A DNA stretch of 27,790 bases from a virus (IMGVR_UViG_3300027373_000195:1-27790), one strand, 5' to 3'; positions 18,039 to 26,935 are shown, counted from the first letter of the stretch. A program made the numbers and translations. The notes: a model not told the origin generated them from the sequence alone.

Positions 18039-18460
18039 AGGCCCCTCATCTTATCGCGGCCAAAAAGGCGCCCTGGCCCCGAGAACACCGCCGCTTCAGA
18101 GCCTGCCTGTTGCGGCGATGTGCCCAGGGTTTGACTGCCACTGCTCAACCTTACCAACGTCTTGACCGCCCCCTGGTAGCGCTCCTTGCGGACCTCGGGA
18201 ACCCCGGAGGCATCGCCGACGACTCCGTACAAATTCCAGATGGCGATATCCACAGCCAGTGTCGTCAATAACGGCTGGGGGGCGACCAACGGCAAGGGGT
18301 AGCGGGCGGCCAGGTAGCTGTCGATTTCCACATCCGCCGCCTCAAGTGCAGCATTGATTTTGTCATCCTGGACAGCACCGGTGCCGCCCTCGTCGGTCAA
18401 AAGGACCAACTCGCTTTGGCTGATCCGGTTATCAATATCGCCCCTGGTCGCATATCCCAT
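18035..18460 (-). CDS. Mu gp36-like (DUF1320) head-tail connector
   Basis: MGYAT..DI...EL..LTD, EIDSYLAARYPLPL, DIAIWNLY, ERYQGAVKTL pattern. Confidence 0.88.
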   Translation of the reverse strand: MGYATRGDIDNRISQSELVLLTDEGGTGAVQDDKINAALEAADVEIDSYLAARYPLPLVAPQPLLTTLAVDIAIWNLYGVVGDASGVPEVRKERYQGAVKTLVRLSSGSQTLGTSPQQAGSEAAVFSGPGRLFGRDKMRGL

Positions 18461-18462
18461 GG

Positions 18463-18786
18463 TTACTCAGCCCCTACCAAGTCTTGGCGGCGAGACTCGA
18501 TAGCCGCCAGCACTGTTGGCCTGGTCTCTCCCAATAGCATTGCATCCAGCAAGTCAACGCTCTCCGCCGCACCCGCCCTGGCGATCGCCTCGGCAGCGCT
18601 GATCTTTTCCTTGCTGCCGCCGCCACCGGGTTTGTCCGGAACAATGGTTACCACCAACATTTGCTCCTGCTGCAGAGTGCTCAGCTCATCGGCAGAGAAT
18701 CGATCAGCAGGATAATTGGTGGTCGCCATGGCGTGAGCCAAACCGCACCGCCGGAACCCATCTCTCTTGCTCGTAATTTCGACCAT
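18463..18786 (-). CDS. Mu gp35-like / HI1506-related protein
   Basis: N-terminal ITSKRDGFRRCG.AH...FS.DEL..L..EQMLVV; immediately after the capsid gene. Confidence 0.8.
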   Translation of the reverse strand: MVEITSKRDGFRRCGLAHAMATTNYPADRFSADELSTLQQEQMLVVTIVPDKPGGGGSKEKISAAEAIARAGAAESVDLLDAMLLGETRPTVLAAIESRRQDLVGAE

Positions 18787-18824
18787 GTCACGTCCTCTCG
18801 TTAGATTACGCCCAAGCCGGCAGG

Positions 18825-19718
18825 TTATGCCAGCCAGGGCACCTTAAGCAGGTCAACCGCCTTGTAATTGGTGTTGCTCGCTCCAGCGGCGAGGAATTGG
18901 GCCTCGATCACCTTCTTGGCGGCGCTGTAATTGGACGGGCCAACAACCAACAGGTTGGGAGTGATCCCCAGGGGCTCCCCGAGATCTTTCTTGAATGCGC
19001 CCATGGCGTCGTAACAGGTCTCGAAGTTGCCGGCATCGAGTGTGGCCTTGGAGCCATACGCCATCTGCCAGAATCCGAAACCGACGTTGCATCGCGAATC
19101 CACACCGTAGAGGAACTTTTTGCTCATGAAGACGTTCTCGTCGGTTTCCCGGTTCAGCATGACGAAGTTGGGCTTTTTTCGGTCTTGGAAGATTATCGGC
19201 TTCAGCGGCCGCCGCGTGTCCAGCAGGAACCAAGGGTTTCCTGACCCTGACTGATAGTTGCTCACAGATGTCGCTATCCCGGCCGAATCAAGCACCGGAT
19301 GATCAGTGTCGAAGAAATACTGACCGTCAAAACAGAGCGAGGCAAACCCGTCGGCCAGCAGGGCGAAAACAAGCTTGTCCGGATGAATGCGGGCCTCATA
19401 GCCCAGCGACTCCATCATCGGAGAGAATATGCCGTACTGGTCGTCTTCAAACCGGTCGCGGTCCACGCCCACGGTCAACTCGAAGCTCTTGTTGCGGATC
19501 GAGTAGTCATGCATGCTCAAATTATTTATCTGGCGATCGCCTACCCACTCCCGCATGCCAGGAATCTGACCAATCCAGCCGTAATCCTCGATAAGGGTTG
19601 TCGACGGCACCGTGGTGGCGACCTGGGCATACATCGGCTGGATGGAGTCAAAGCCGCGCTGAAAGACCGCCTTGAACCCTCTGGTGGCGCTGGCGATATT
19701 GCCGCTGTTAATGATCAT
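18825..19718 (-). CDS. Mu-like major capsid protein gpT
   Basis: YGWIGQIPGMREWVGDR, CFDGQYFFDTDHPV, WFLLDTRRPLKPIIFQDR, YGVDSRCNVGFGFWQMAYGS. Confidence 0.95.
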   Translation of the reverse strand: MIINSGNIASATRGFKAVFQRGFDSIQPMYAQVATTVPSTTLIEDYGWIGQIPGMREWVGDRQINNLSMHDYSIRNKSFELTVGVDRDRFEDDQYGIFSPMMESLGYEARIHPDKLVFALLADGFASLCFDGQYFFDTDHPVLDSAGIATSVSNYQSGSGNPWFLLDTRRPLKPIIFQDRKKPNFVMLNRETDENVFMSKKFLYGVDSRCNVGFGFWQMAYGSKATLDAGNFETCYDAMGAFKKDLGEPLGITPNLLVVGPSNYSAAKKVIEAQFLAAGASNTNYKAVDLLKVPWLA

Positions 19719-19749
19719 TTTATACTCTCCTTAAAAGAATGGTTTGCGC

Positions 19750-20157
19750 TCAGCGCATGTCGACCCAAACGCCGCTGCTGTCGACGTCAAATACTTTCCC
19801 GGCCACCGATCTGGAATTGGTATCGGAGGTTTTAGCTACGGTCTGGTCGTCAACGATGTAGCAGTCGTTGCCGATGTCGGCGGTGGTGATGGCATCGGTG
19901 CTGGAGGAATTTCCCCAGCGGAAGATACCTTTTTCGATTTCAACGTCGACCGCACCTGCCGTTGACCCGTTGGAGACCTGGGCGGCAAATCGACCGACCC
20001 CTCGCAGGGTGGTGGCCACCGCGCCGGGAGTAGCCCGGCCATTACCGTCCCGCGCAGCTAATCCACCGGCGAAGCAGGTTACCGACGCGGCCACTGCCAG
20101 CTTGACCTTCTGGCCGCTCCGCTCCTTGGTGTCTCTGTCCTTTGTCAATGCACTCAT
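19750..20157 (-). CDS. Putative capsid decoration/cement protein
   Basis: MSALTKDRDT...DIGNDCYIVDDQTVAKT...AGKVFDVDSSGVWV, typical of the gene between gpI and gpT in Mu-like phages. Confidence 0.7.
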   Translation of the reverse strand: MSALTKDRDTKERSGQKVKLAVAASVTCFAGGLAARDGNGRATPGAVATTLRGVGRFAAQVSNGSTAGAVDVEIEKGIFRWGNSSSTDAITTADIGNDCYIVDDQTVAKTSDTNSRSVAGKVFDVDSSGVWVDMR

Positions 20158-20184
20158 CCTGTTTCTCCTTGGAGGATGTCCTGG

Positions 20185-20676
20185 TTACGCGCTGGCTTTG
20201 AGATATTCTTCTTCCGTGACCCCAAGCCGTTCGCAGATCGTCCTTTCGTCTGCATTCAGCGCCTTGTCTGACTTTGGCGTTTTTTTGCCCTCGAGCCCAG
20301 ACGGTTCGCCGATTACCGGAGCCGCCTTGCAAAAGTCGCCGAACCGTTCCAGACCGCCTTCCTGGCGGCATTGAGCGCGGTGATAGTCAGCAGTTGCCGG
20401 AGTGATCTTCCCTTCCTCGAGGGCGGCATTGATGGCCGTTTCGATTTCACCGGCAAGTTTTTCCTCGCGGATAGCGGCCAATTGCTGTTCGGAGTTGGTG
20501 GCCTTGGCCAGCGCCGCATCGTAATCGCCGCGTGGCACGAACTTTTCCAGGCTCGGGGCGTGGGCATGATTCAGGGCCACTGCCAGATCGGCCTTCAGGC
20601 CGTCAATCTTGGCCAACGCCTGTTCCTGGGTGGAGTTTTCGGGCAGCGACAAGGCCGCCAGCATTGCTTTGTGCAT
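20185..20676 (-). CDS. Nested in-frame scaffold protein (Mu gpZ-equivalent), 163 aa
   Basis: AAGGAG-aaccct-ATG inside gene I, just after the protease domain (..PKENP|MHKAMLAA). Confidence 0.7.
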   Translation of the reverse strand: MHKAMLAALSLPENSTQEQALAKIDGLKADLAVALNHAHAPSLEKFVPRGDYDAALAKATNSEQQLAAIREEKLAGEIETAINAALEEGKITPATADYHRAQCRQEGGLERFGDFCKAAPVIGEPSGLEGKKTPKSDKALNADERTICERLGVTEEEYLKASA

Positions 20677-21156
20677 AGGGTTCTCCTTGGGATACTGGAT
20701 CCCGATGTTATGATTGAGGGCCTGCAGGTGCAGATTCGGCTGGTTGGTCAGCCCGACCGAAGTCAGACCAGAGATCTCGCCACTGCCTTTTTTGTACAAA
20801 ATGACCGGGCTCAGGTAGCGATACTGCTTAGAGGCTATCAGATCCCTGCCGGTAGGGAGCCATTCGACACGGCCCCAGATGGCGCCGTGGATATTATGCA
20901 GGGACTTTATCCAGCCGGCGGCTGGGGCCGGATCGCCGGCGGGAGCCTTGAGTTCGGTGGCATGCTCGATATCCACCGGCAGATCCATACCCGCAGCTGT
21001 AAAGGTCTCAAGCACCGAATCGGGCGCAGAGTTGACCCATGACCGGCCGTCTCTGCCGACGATATCACCAGCCGGGATCAGCTCCACCATGCTCGGCACA
21101 TCGCCCTGGGGATTGCCGGGGATTTCGAGGCTGTTCAGCGCGGTTACCAGTTTCAT
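20185..21156 (-). CDS. Mu gpI-like prohead protease / scaffold
   Basis: LIPAG...GRDGRSW, LPVDIEHAT, APAAGWI, VEWLPTG...YRYLSPV, VGLTNQPNL; helical C-terminus ending ICERLGVTEEEY. Confidence 0.92.
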   Translation of the reverse strand: MKLVTALNSLEIPGNPQGDVPSMVELIPAGDIVGRDGRSWVNSAPDSVLETFTAAGMDLPVDIEHATELKAPAGDPAPAAGWIKSLHNIHGAIWGRVEWLPTGRDLIASKQYRYLSPVILYKKGSGEISGLTSVGLTNQPNLHLQALNHNIGIQYPKENPMHKAMLAALSLPENSTQEQALAKIDGLKADLAVALNHAHAPSLEKFVPRGDYDAALAKATNSEQQLAAIREEKLAGEIETAINAALEEGKITPATADYHRAQCRQEGGLERFGDFCKAAPVIGEPSGLEGKKTPKSDKALNADERTICERLGVTEEEYLKASA

Positions 21157-21692
21157 AATTTCCCTTCCATTATCCAGTTGGACAGCAGTTCATTGATATC
21201 GCCCAGATCTTCCTGCTGCAGCAGCATGAACGGTCGAGCCGGGATGTTGCCCCATGGCAGTTTAACGTTGCGGGTGTGACCTTTTACTGTGGCGGCCACC
21301 GGGAACTTGAGCTCTTTGCCAAAGGCTTCCTTGACGATCCGCTGGTGAGCATCAACTTTGACTGCAAACGAGCCGAAGCTGCCTTTCTTGGCGCCGAAGT
21401 GATGCACGGCTGCGTAGACCACATTGGTGCCGACGTAGACCGTGTCGCCGTCCACCTGCTTGCCAATGGAGTTTTTTAGCTTGCCAGTGTCCAACAACGG
21501 CTGGCCGTCGCGACGTTTGGGAGCCGGCCATTTGTTGGGTCGCCCTCCAACCTCGAAGTTAGTCCGGACCGATTCCCGGGCGAGGACACCAATGGCCTCC
21601 ATCGCTTTTTTCCGGTTTTGGATCCGGTTGCTGATTTCTCCCACTTTTTCCTGCAACTCGGCGTCATCAATTTTGTAAGTCAGCCCGCTCAC
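21153..21692 (-). CDS. Mu gpG-like virion morphogenesis protein
   Basis: LLDTGKLKNSI, VYVGTNVVYAAVHHFG, IPARPFM. Confidence 0.9.
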   Translation of the reverse strand: MSGLTYKIDDAELQEKVGEISNRIQNRKKAMEAIGVLARESVRTNFEVGGRPNKWPAPKRRDGQPLLDTGKLKNSIGKQVDGDTVYVGTNVVYAAVHHFGAKKGSFGSFAVKVDAHQRIVKEAFGKELKFPVAATVKGHTRNVKLPWGNIPARPFMLLQQEDLGDINELLSNWIMEGKL

Positions 21693-21807
21693 AAGGAACC
21701 CCGTTTAAACTATCTTTAGTCTTTCCTGTATTCGACCCGACCCTATCGGCCCGGCCTTCGGGACGGGTGGTCTCCAAGATCGACTACAGACCGTTTTTGA
21801 AGCTTTC

Positions 21808-21836
21808 TTGCTTTCTCCCAGAGCAGAGGCTATATT
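21808..21836 (+). promoter_or_regulatory. Antisense sigma70 promoter pointing at the 3' end of the MuF gene
   Basis: TTGCTT (21808-21813), 17-bp spacer, TATATT (21831-21836), in otherwise GC-rich DNA. Confidence 0.7.
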
Positions 21837-21842
21837 CTCCTT

Positions 21843-21925
21843 GGGACGTGACAGTCAGGGGGGCCACCCTGCGAGCGGAGGCTGTCACGTGTCGGATCGT
21901 GCGCCGATCCGATCATCGCCCCTTT
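21843..21925 (+). ncRNA. Candidate ~80-nt structured RNA convergent with the MuF-nuclease gene
   Basis: Stem ACGTGACAGTC/GGCTGTCACGT with an inner hairpin, second stem TCGGATCG/CGATCCGA, possible closing GGG/CCC then TTT; begins about 7 nt after the -10 box. Confidence 0.6.
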
Positions 21926-23178
21926 GCCGGGTACAATAAAAGCCCCCGCCGCTGCCTCTCGACATAGTCGAGATCAAACGCCCCATGGCTCAAGGGCATG
22001 TACGCCGTCACCCCTTGCAACACACCGCCCGCCACTTCGAACACCATCAGCCCGCCAACCCGCTCCTTGTCTTCGGTTTTCCAGAGACAGACATACCGTC
22101 TTGACAGCCTGACCTTGCCCGAGCCGTCTTTTTGCGGCGTCAACCAGATCTCAAAGGGCTGCTCGATGGCCACCTTGATCAGGGGAATCATGGCACCGTG
22201 TCCCGGCTTGCTAAACTTCCACTGCACCAGCCCTTCGCCTTCCTTGACGACTTGAAAGGGTCGCAACGAGAGGATGACCGGCTCGCCGATCGCGTCGCTG
22301 ACCACCAATTCCTCGCCATACCGGCTGACAAACTCCCGTGCGTACTCGGCATCGCTCAAACCCGAGGGTAGGAGCATCGAAGCATCGAGATCGGGGATTG
22401 TCGCCGGCCGCACCTTTTCCAAGGCCGGACGACGGTAATCTTGCGGCCCGCGTAAATTATCCAGCGGTCTGAACCGGTGCCAGTCCTTGGTCTGCTGTTC
22501 GACTATCCCCCCATGGACCACCTTGCCGGGATTGTGCGCGAAACCCTGGTCAGGCAGCAACTGCCGTGCCGGCATCCGGTTACCGGTGTGCGGATCGACG
22601 GGCTCGATCAAGGTATTGGTCGGGTCGATCTCTTCTACCTTGAGGCCGCGCCGAGCCACCTGGCTCTTGGTCAGGCCGGTGACGGAACAGCGGCACCGGT
22701 AGCCGTTGGGCGGGAACCAGGTATCCCACATTGGATGCTCCGCTGGCCACACCCGCCCATCCATGGCCAGGTGCGTAGGACGAGTGCGCGAATCGTTGAT
22801 CGCCGAATATCGCCAGTAGGGGAGCAGGCTGCCGTCATCCTTCAGCTGTTTGTAGTGGCCGACGTTGTAGGCGGTCTGGATGTTGGTGCGGAAGATGTTG
22901 TCCACCCGCCAGGCCCGCTTACCGGTCCAGCCCCGGCGCTCGAAGATATCGCCGCAATCTTTCTTGAACTGCTCAAAGGTCGTACCCTGGTCGATAGCCC
23001 GCTGCAGGGCGGTGCACACCGTGTCCAGTTCGTTGCCCTTGGCAATTCCCGAGATAGCGAAGGCCTTGACCTTGGCTTCATCGGAGAGTTTGGCGAACTC
23101 ACCTGGGCCGAGTTTGACCTTGTCGCGCCAGAACTGCTGCGCCTCGGCCATAGGCAAGGGCTCGATGCGGACGGTCAT
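21913..23178 (-). CDS. MuF (gp30) minor head protein with a C-terminal PBECR2-like nuclease extension
   Basis: MuF domain: IFRTNIQTAYNVG, YWRYSAINDSRTRPTH, FPPNGYRCRCSV. C-terminal ~190 aa: LLPSGLS..EY, WKFSKPG, QPFEIW, LSRRY, GVTAY, YVERQRRGLLLY, resembling the phage Barnase-EndoU-Colicin-RelE (PBECR2) pattern from memory. Confidence 0.85.
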   Translation of the reverse strand: MTVRIEPLPMAEAQQFWRDKVKLGPGEFAKLSDEAKVKAFAISGIAKGNELDTVCTALQRAIDQGTTFEQFKKDCGDIFERRGWTGKRAWRVDNIFRTNIQTAYNVGHYKQLKDDGSLLPYWRYSAINDSRTRPTHLAMDGRVWPAEHPMWDTWFPPNGYRCRCSVTGLTKSQVARRGLKVEEIDPTNTLIEPVDPHTGNRMPARQLLPDQGFAHNPGKVVHGGIVEQQTKDWHRFRPLDNLRGPQDYRRPALEKVRPATIPDLDASMLLPSGLSDAEYAREFVSRYGEELVVSDAIGEPVILSLRPFQVVKEGEGLVQWKFSKPGHGAMIPLIKVAIEQPFEIWLTPQKDGSGKVRLSRRYVCLWKTEDKERVGGLMVFEVAGGVLQGVTAYMPLSHGAFDLDYVERQRRGLLLYPAKGR

Positions 23179-24755
23179 GACTGGGCCTCCAAGGTCGATC
23201 GGCCAAACAGTTCCGCTGCGACCATGGCCCGTTCAGTCAGTTGCTGGAGGCTGGTCATCTCAAGATCCGGATACAGGGCCAGGAGGTTCTCCATGGCCTG
23301 CTCGTAGCTGTCGGCCTCGAGCACGGCTTGGAGGATCCGCTCCTCGTTGGCGCCGAGATCCACCCCGGCCAAGGTTTGATCCGCTAAAGCCTCCAAGGCT
23401 TGCTGCTCGGGGGTGAACCTGAATCCGGGTATCTCCATGGCGTTACGGGCGGCATTGACCCGGACCGGCAGCTTCGATTGATCTGATTCGGATTCATCCA
23501 ACTTCGATGGATTTTCAACCTTCGGCGGCCCGAGGCAATCGGCCCCTTCCTCCGGATCCGGCAAGCCCAGCTTGTCGCGGACCACCGATTGCTCCACCTT
23601 GAGGCCGAGCGGCACCAACTTCTCCAGGGCGGTGATCAGGATCTGGATATCCTCCGGCTCGATCGCCTTGATGATCAGCTCCGGATAGTTCTCCTGCGGC
23701 CCCCAGTTGAGGTCGATGAACGGCCGCACCAGGTCGCGGTTGGTGGTCTCGGACAACTGGGTGGCGTCATCGTCGCGAATGTCTTCTCGCACCTCGGCCT
23801 GGGCATCGTCGCCGCCGAGTTTGCCGGGCGTCCCCTGGGTGGTTGCGGTCTGGCCGAGGATGGCCCGGCTCACCTGGGCATCGAGCCAGTCGGCGAGCGT
23901 CTTGAAAAGATCAATACTGCCGGTAGTCTTGGTCTCGATAAACTCGATCAGCATCGATTCCGGGATCACCGCCGCGGCGTCGCTGCCCAGGTTGGCCACC
24001 GCCGCCTTGAGAATAGCGATGTCGTTTTTGTCCGCTCCCGGCTGGTACTTTCCCACGCGGAGTGGCATGCCGAACACCTCGGCAAAGGCCATCCAGTCCT
24101 TGACCGTGTAGTTCTTGCACATCCATGACCAGGCCACGACCCGGGCCAGTCCGCCCCGGATGGGGATGCCGGTCTTGAGGTGGGGCAGATGGCTGATGAA
24201 TTTGTAGGGGGCCAGCTCGATCCCCTCCATCATATTGCTTTCATCAAGCAGCCGGATCTGTCGGCGGGAGGCCTGGTCAAAAGTGAAGAAGCGGGGATCG
24301 CGCCAGTCATATCGGGTCGGCATCCACTTCGCCCCTCGCGACCAGTTGATCTCGCAGACCGAGAAGCCCTTGCCGATGGCGTCCAACTGATCCTTGAGCA
24401 GTCCCCGGAATCCGGCTTTCTTGACCAGGGCGCGGACCTCGTCGGCCAGCTGCACATCCTTGGGCGCATCGGTCGCCGCTTCCACGGTCACCGGCAGCGA
24501 GGCCACCGCCAGCTTGCGCTTGGAGAGCTCGCAGCGGTAGTGGGGATCCCGTTCCTCCATCTCCTCGGCCAGGGTCAGGTAATCGTAGATATCGCCGGCT
24601 GCCGCTCCCTGCAGCAGGGTAGCCAGCTTGTACGGCGTCATGCCCGCCGCCACGGTGGCGTCCCAGACCGTGCGGATCCCGGTGAGGCTGGGCGCCGCCA
24701 GTTCGCTGGTCAACTGCTGGGTTTTTATCGGTCTGCCCAAATGATCGTACAGCAT
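23175..24755 (-). CDS. Portal protein, Mu gp29 / DUF935 family
   Basis: LAEEMEERDPH, LDAIGKGFSVCEI.W, KDWMAFAEVFGMPLRVGKY, SRAILGQT. Confidence 0.93.
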   Translation of the reverse strand: MLYDHLGRPIKTQQLTSELAAPSLTGIRTVWDATVAAGMTPYKLATLLQGAAAGDIYDYLTLAEEMEERDPHYRCELSKRKLAVASLPVTVEAATDAPKDVQLADEVRALVKKAGFRGLLKDQLDAIGKGFSVCEINWSRGAKWMPTRYDWRDPRFFTFDQASRRQIRLLDESNMMEGIELAPYKFISHLPHLKTGIPIRGGLARVVAWSWMCKNYTVKDWMAFAEVFGMPLRVGKYQPGADKNDIAILKAAVANLGSDAAAVIPESMLIEFIETKTTGSIDLFKTLADWLDAQVSRAILGQTATTQGTPGKLGGDDAQAEVREDIRDDDATQLSETTNRDLVRPFIDLNWGPQENYPELIIKAIEPEDIQILITALEKLVPLGLKVEQSVVRDKLGLPDPEEGADCLGPPKVENPSKLDESESDQSKLPVRVNAARNAMEIPGFRFTPEQQALEALADQTLAGVDLGANEERILQAVLEADSYEQAMENLLALYPDLEMTSLQQLTERAMVAAELFGRSTLEAQS

Positions 24756-26263
24756 TACCAGGTCCCCTCGATGGCGCCGAAACCGGCGGTTGTCCGGATA
24801 TCGCGGCTGCCCGGTTCAAAATCACGTTTGGTCACCGGATGGTAGGCGTATTCGACTGCATCCATCCGAGTCGCCGATACCGCCATGGCCACGGCGATGG
24901 CTGCATCCCCGTGGCGCTGGCGTCCGTCCGACCCCTTGGTTTTGGTGTCGGGCAGCTTGGCCACGCCCTTGATCATCTTGATCGCCCGGTAATCGTCGAG
25001 ATGATCCGCATGGCGGGCGACCTCGATGGTCCCATCTTCAAAGAATGATTTGAACCGTGGCATTTCGGCCCGGTACCAGGCCTCGGAGAGCATCACCTGC
25101 CCAATCCGAGAAATCCCATACCGCTGCATCGCCACCTCAGCCAGGTATTGGCCGTTGCCCCTAGCATCGAAATTTCCGTAGGTGAAGCGGGCCAATCGGT
25201 CGATGATAAAAAAGACGACCAGCTCCTGTTCCTTGAAGGGAATGTTGGCCAGCTCCACCACAAAAGGCTGGCGATAGGTCAGATTTTCTTTCTCAGCCAG
25301 AGGCGAGAACACCGTCAAATCGCCGTTTCGAGCAAAGTCCTCACCGAAATAATGGCGGCGCTTCGGATCTAGAGCGGCCAGCAATGGGGCCAAGTGCTCG
25401 TCGCACCAGTCCCGCGCCTCGGCCTGGCGGATATGATCCGGCTGCAGCGCGAACTCATCCTTACACTCCCACCGCAGCACCGGGATATCGTCCCGCATGC
25501 AGCGCTCGATAATGATCCGGGGCAGGTAGGTGCCACTGCCCTGGCTGGGGATGCAGAACAACTCCTCGTCGGCGTCATCGCCATAGGAGGCGACGATCTC
25601 TGCCCGCCACTGGGCTTCCGCAGCCGGCGACCACTCCCGGCCTTTCACCAGGCAGATTCGCTGGTACAAGCCCTGCGACAGGGCATCGTCAAAGGTCACC
25701 CGGTGCAGGCTGTACGGCTTCTTGCCGCTTCGGATATCGTTGATCAGCTCGTTAAATGGGTTGCTGTCGCCGTTATGGGTGGAGATGATCCGCACCTGCC
25801 CGCCCCACATCAATAGCGCCATGGCGGCCTTGATCAGCCCGGCGAGATCGTCATGGAAGGCCGCCTCATCGAGCACCACTCGGCCCGCCTTGCCGCGCAG
25901 GTTGGAAGGTCGGCTCGACAGGGCCACGATCTTGTTTCCTGAGGCGAACTTGATCCGGAAGGTGAGGATGTCCTTGTCTTCATCCTTGACGATTTCTTCC
26001 TCAACGGCTCCGGCGACCAGGGCATATTTCTTGACCCACTCGGCGCAGTCGGTGATGAACTCCTCGGCCATGTCCTTGTTGTAGCCGATGTACCAGACGT
26101 CCTCGCCCTCGGTTCCGGCGGCAAACAGGGCGTCATCCCCGGCCTCGGACCAGGAGAGCCCGATCCGCCGCGACTTCTCGATCACCTTGACCTGGGCCGT
26201 GTCGGCAGCCCAGGCTTGCTGGTACGAGAGAAAGGCGTAAGGAGCGGCCAGGGTCTTTATCAT
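24755..26263 (-). CDS. Terminase large subunit, Mu gp28-like
   Basis: Walker A EKSRRIGLSW, Walker B VVLDEAAFH, IISTHNG, nuclease GEDFARNGDLT, DARGNG, RHGDAAIA. Confidence 0.95.
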   Translation of the reverse strand: MIKTLAAPYAFLSYQQAWAADTAQVKVIEKSRRIGLSWSEAGDDALFAAGTEGEDVWYIGYNKDMAEEFITDCAEWVKKYALVAGAVEEEIVKDEDKDILTFRIKFASGNKIVALSSRPSNLRGKAGRVVLDEAAFHDDLAGLIKAAMALLMWGGQVRIISTHNGDSNPFNELINDIRSGKKPYSLHRVTFDDALSQGLYQRICLVKGREWSPAAEAQWRAEIVASYGDDADEELFCIPSQGSGTYLPRIIIERCMRDDIPVLRWECKDEFALQPDHIRQAEARDWCDEHLAPLLAALDPKRRHYFGEDFARNGDLTVFSPLAEKENLTYRQPFVVELANIPFKEQELVVFFIIDRLARFTYGNFDARGNGQYLAEVAMQRYGISRIGQVMLSEAWYRAEMPRFKSFFEDGTIEVARHADHLDDYRAIKMIKGVAKLPDTKTKGSDGRQRHGDAAIAVAMAVSATRMDAVEYAYHPVTKRDFEPGSRDIRTTAGFGAIEGTW

Positions 26264-26697
26264 TGCCCGATACCGAGGATCTGCCGGCGGATGTCTTCAA
26301 CGGTGTCGGGAGACAGGCCGGTCTTTTTTACTTCCCGCACCACGTCTTCCGCCACTCGCTGCGCTTTCTCCATCTTGTCCCAGCGCTCCAGCAAGCTGCC
26401 GATCTTAGAGAGGGTGTCCATCATCGGCGCCGACCGTTTAATCGCGTCCAGCCCTTCCAGGAAAAACAGCTGGTCTTCGAACAGATCACGCAGCCGCTGA
26501 ATGTTGGTCCGCTTCTGCGTCCGGGCCCGGTCCCATTCATCCATGTCGGCGGACGGAACCTTGCTTTCTTCCTTCCACTTGGCCAGACTGGTGACGGAAA
26601 CATCGAGCAGCCCGGAAATATCGGACAGCGCCCGGCCCTCTGCATACATCCGCATGGCCTGGGGCTCGAGGCAGGCCCGGTCTCCCTTCTTAGCCAT
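26260..26697 (-). CDS. Putative terminase small subunit (N-terminal HTH, DUF1804-like)
   Basis: AMRMYAEG..LSDIS.LLDVSVTSLAKWK...WDRAR; C-terminal GLSPDTVEDIRRQILGI; coupled to TerL. Confidence 0.75.
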   Translation of the reverse strand: MAKKGDRACLEPQAMRMYAEGRALSDISGLLDVSVTSLAKWKEESKVPSADMDEWDRARTQKRTNIQRLRDLFEDQLFFLEGLDAIKRSAPMMDTLSKIGSLLERWDKMEKAQRVAEDVVREVKKTGLSPDTVEDIRRQILGIGQ

Positions 26698-26935
26698 ACA
26701 GGGCTTCCTGCAATTCTTCGATTTTGGCGGAGACGCCCAGCAACTCGGCCTGCTGCATCACCATCTCATCCATCAAGGCTGCTGCCTCGGGGATCTTCAT
26801 GTCCGCAGGTTCATTAATCAGCGGGTTGACGATCTCGCCCACGCGCTCGCAGTTGGACCGGAACTTCACCTCCAGCCCTTTCTTTTGTTCTTCCAGCTCG
26901 GCCAAGCGGCCCTTCAGTATCCGGCGTTCGCTCAT
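26690..26935 (-). CDS. Small coiled-coil hypothetical protein
   Basis: Overlaps both neighbours at start and stop; amphipathic helical sequence. Confidence 0.7.
   Translation of the reverse strand: MSERRILKGRLAELEEQKKGLEVKFRSNCERVGEIVNPLINEPADMKIPEAAALMDEMVMQQAELLGVSAKIEELQEALYG

Noticed and set aside
21843-21912. HDV-like ribozyme on the minus strand (CAGCCTCCGCTCGC resembles HDV P3/L3)
   Set aside because: I could not build the nested double pseudoknot or find a J4/2 catalytic C strand.
21830-21916. 28-aa minus-strand ORF coupled to the MuF stop (MIGSAHDPT...) as an immunity peptide
   Set aside because: Very short, weak SD, and it coincides with the inverted repeats; not fully excluded without ribosome profiling.
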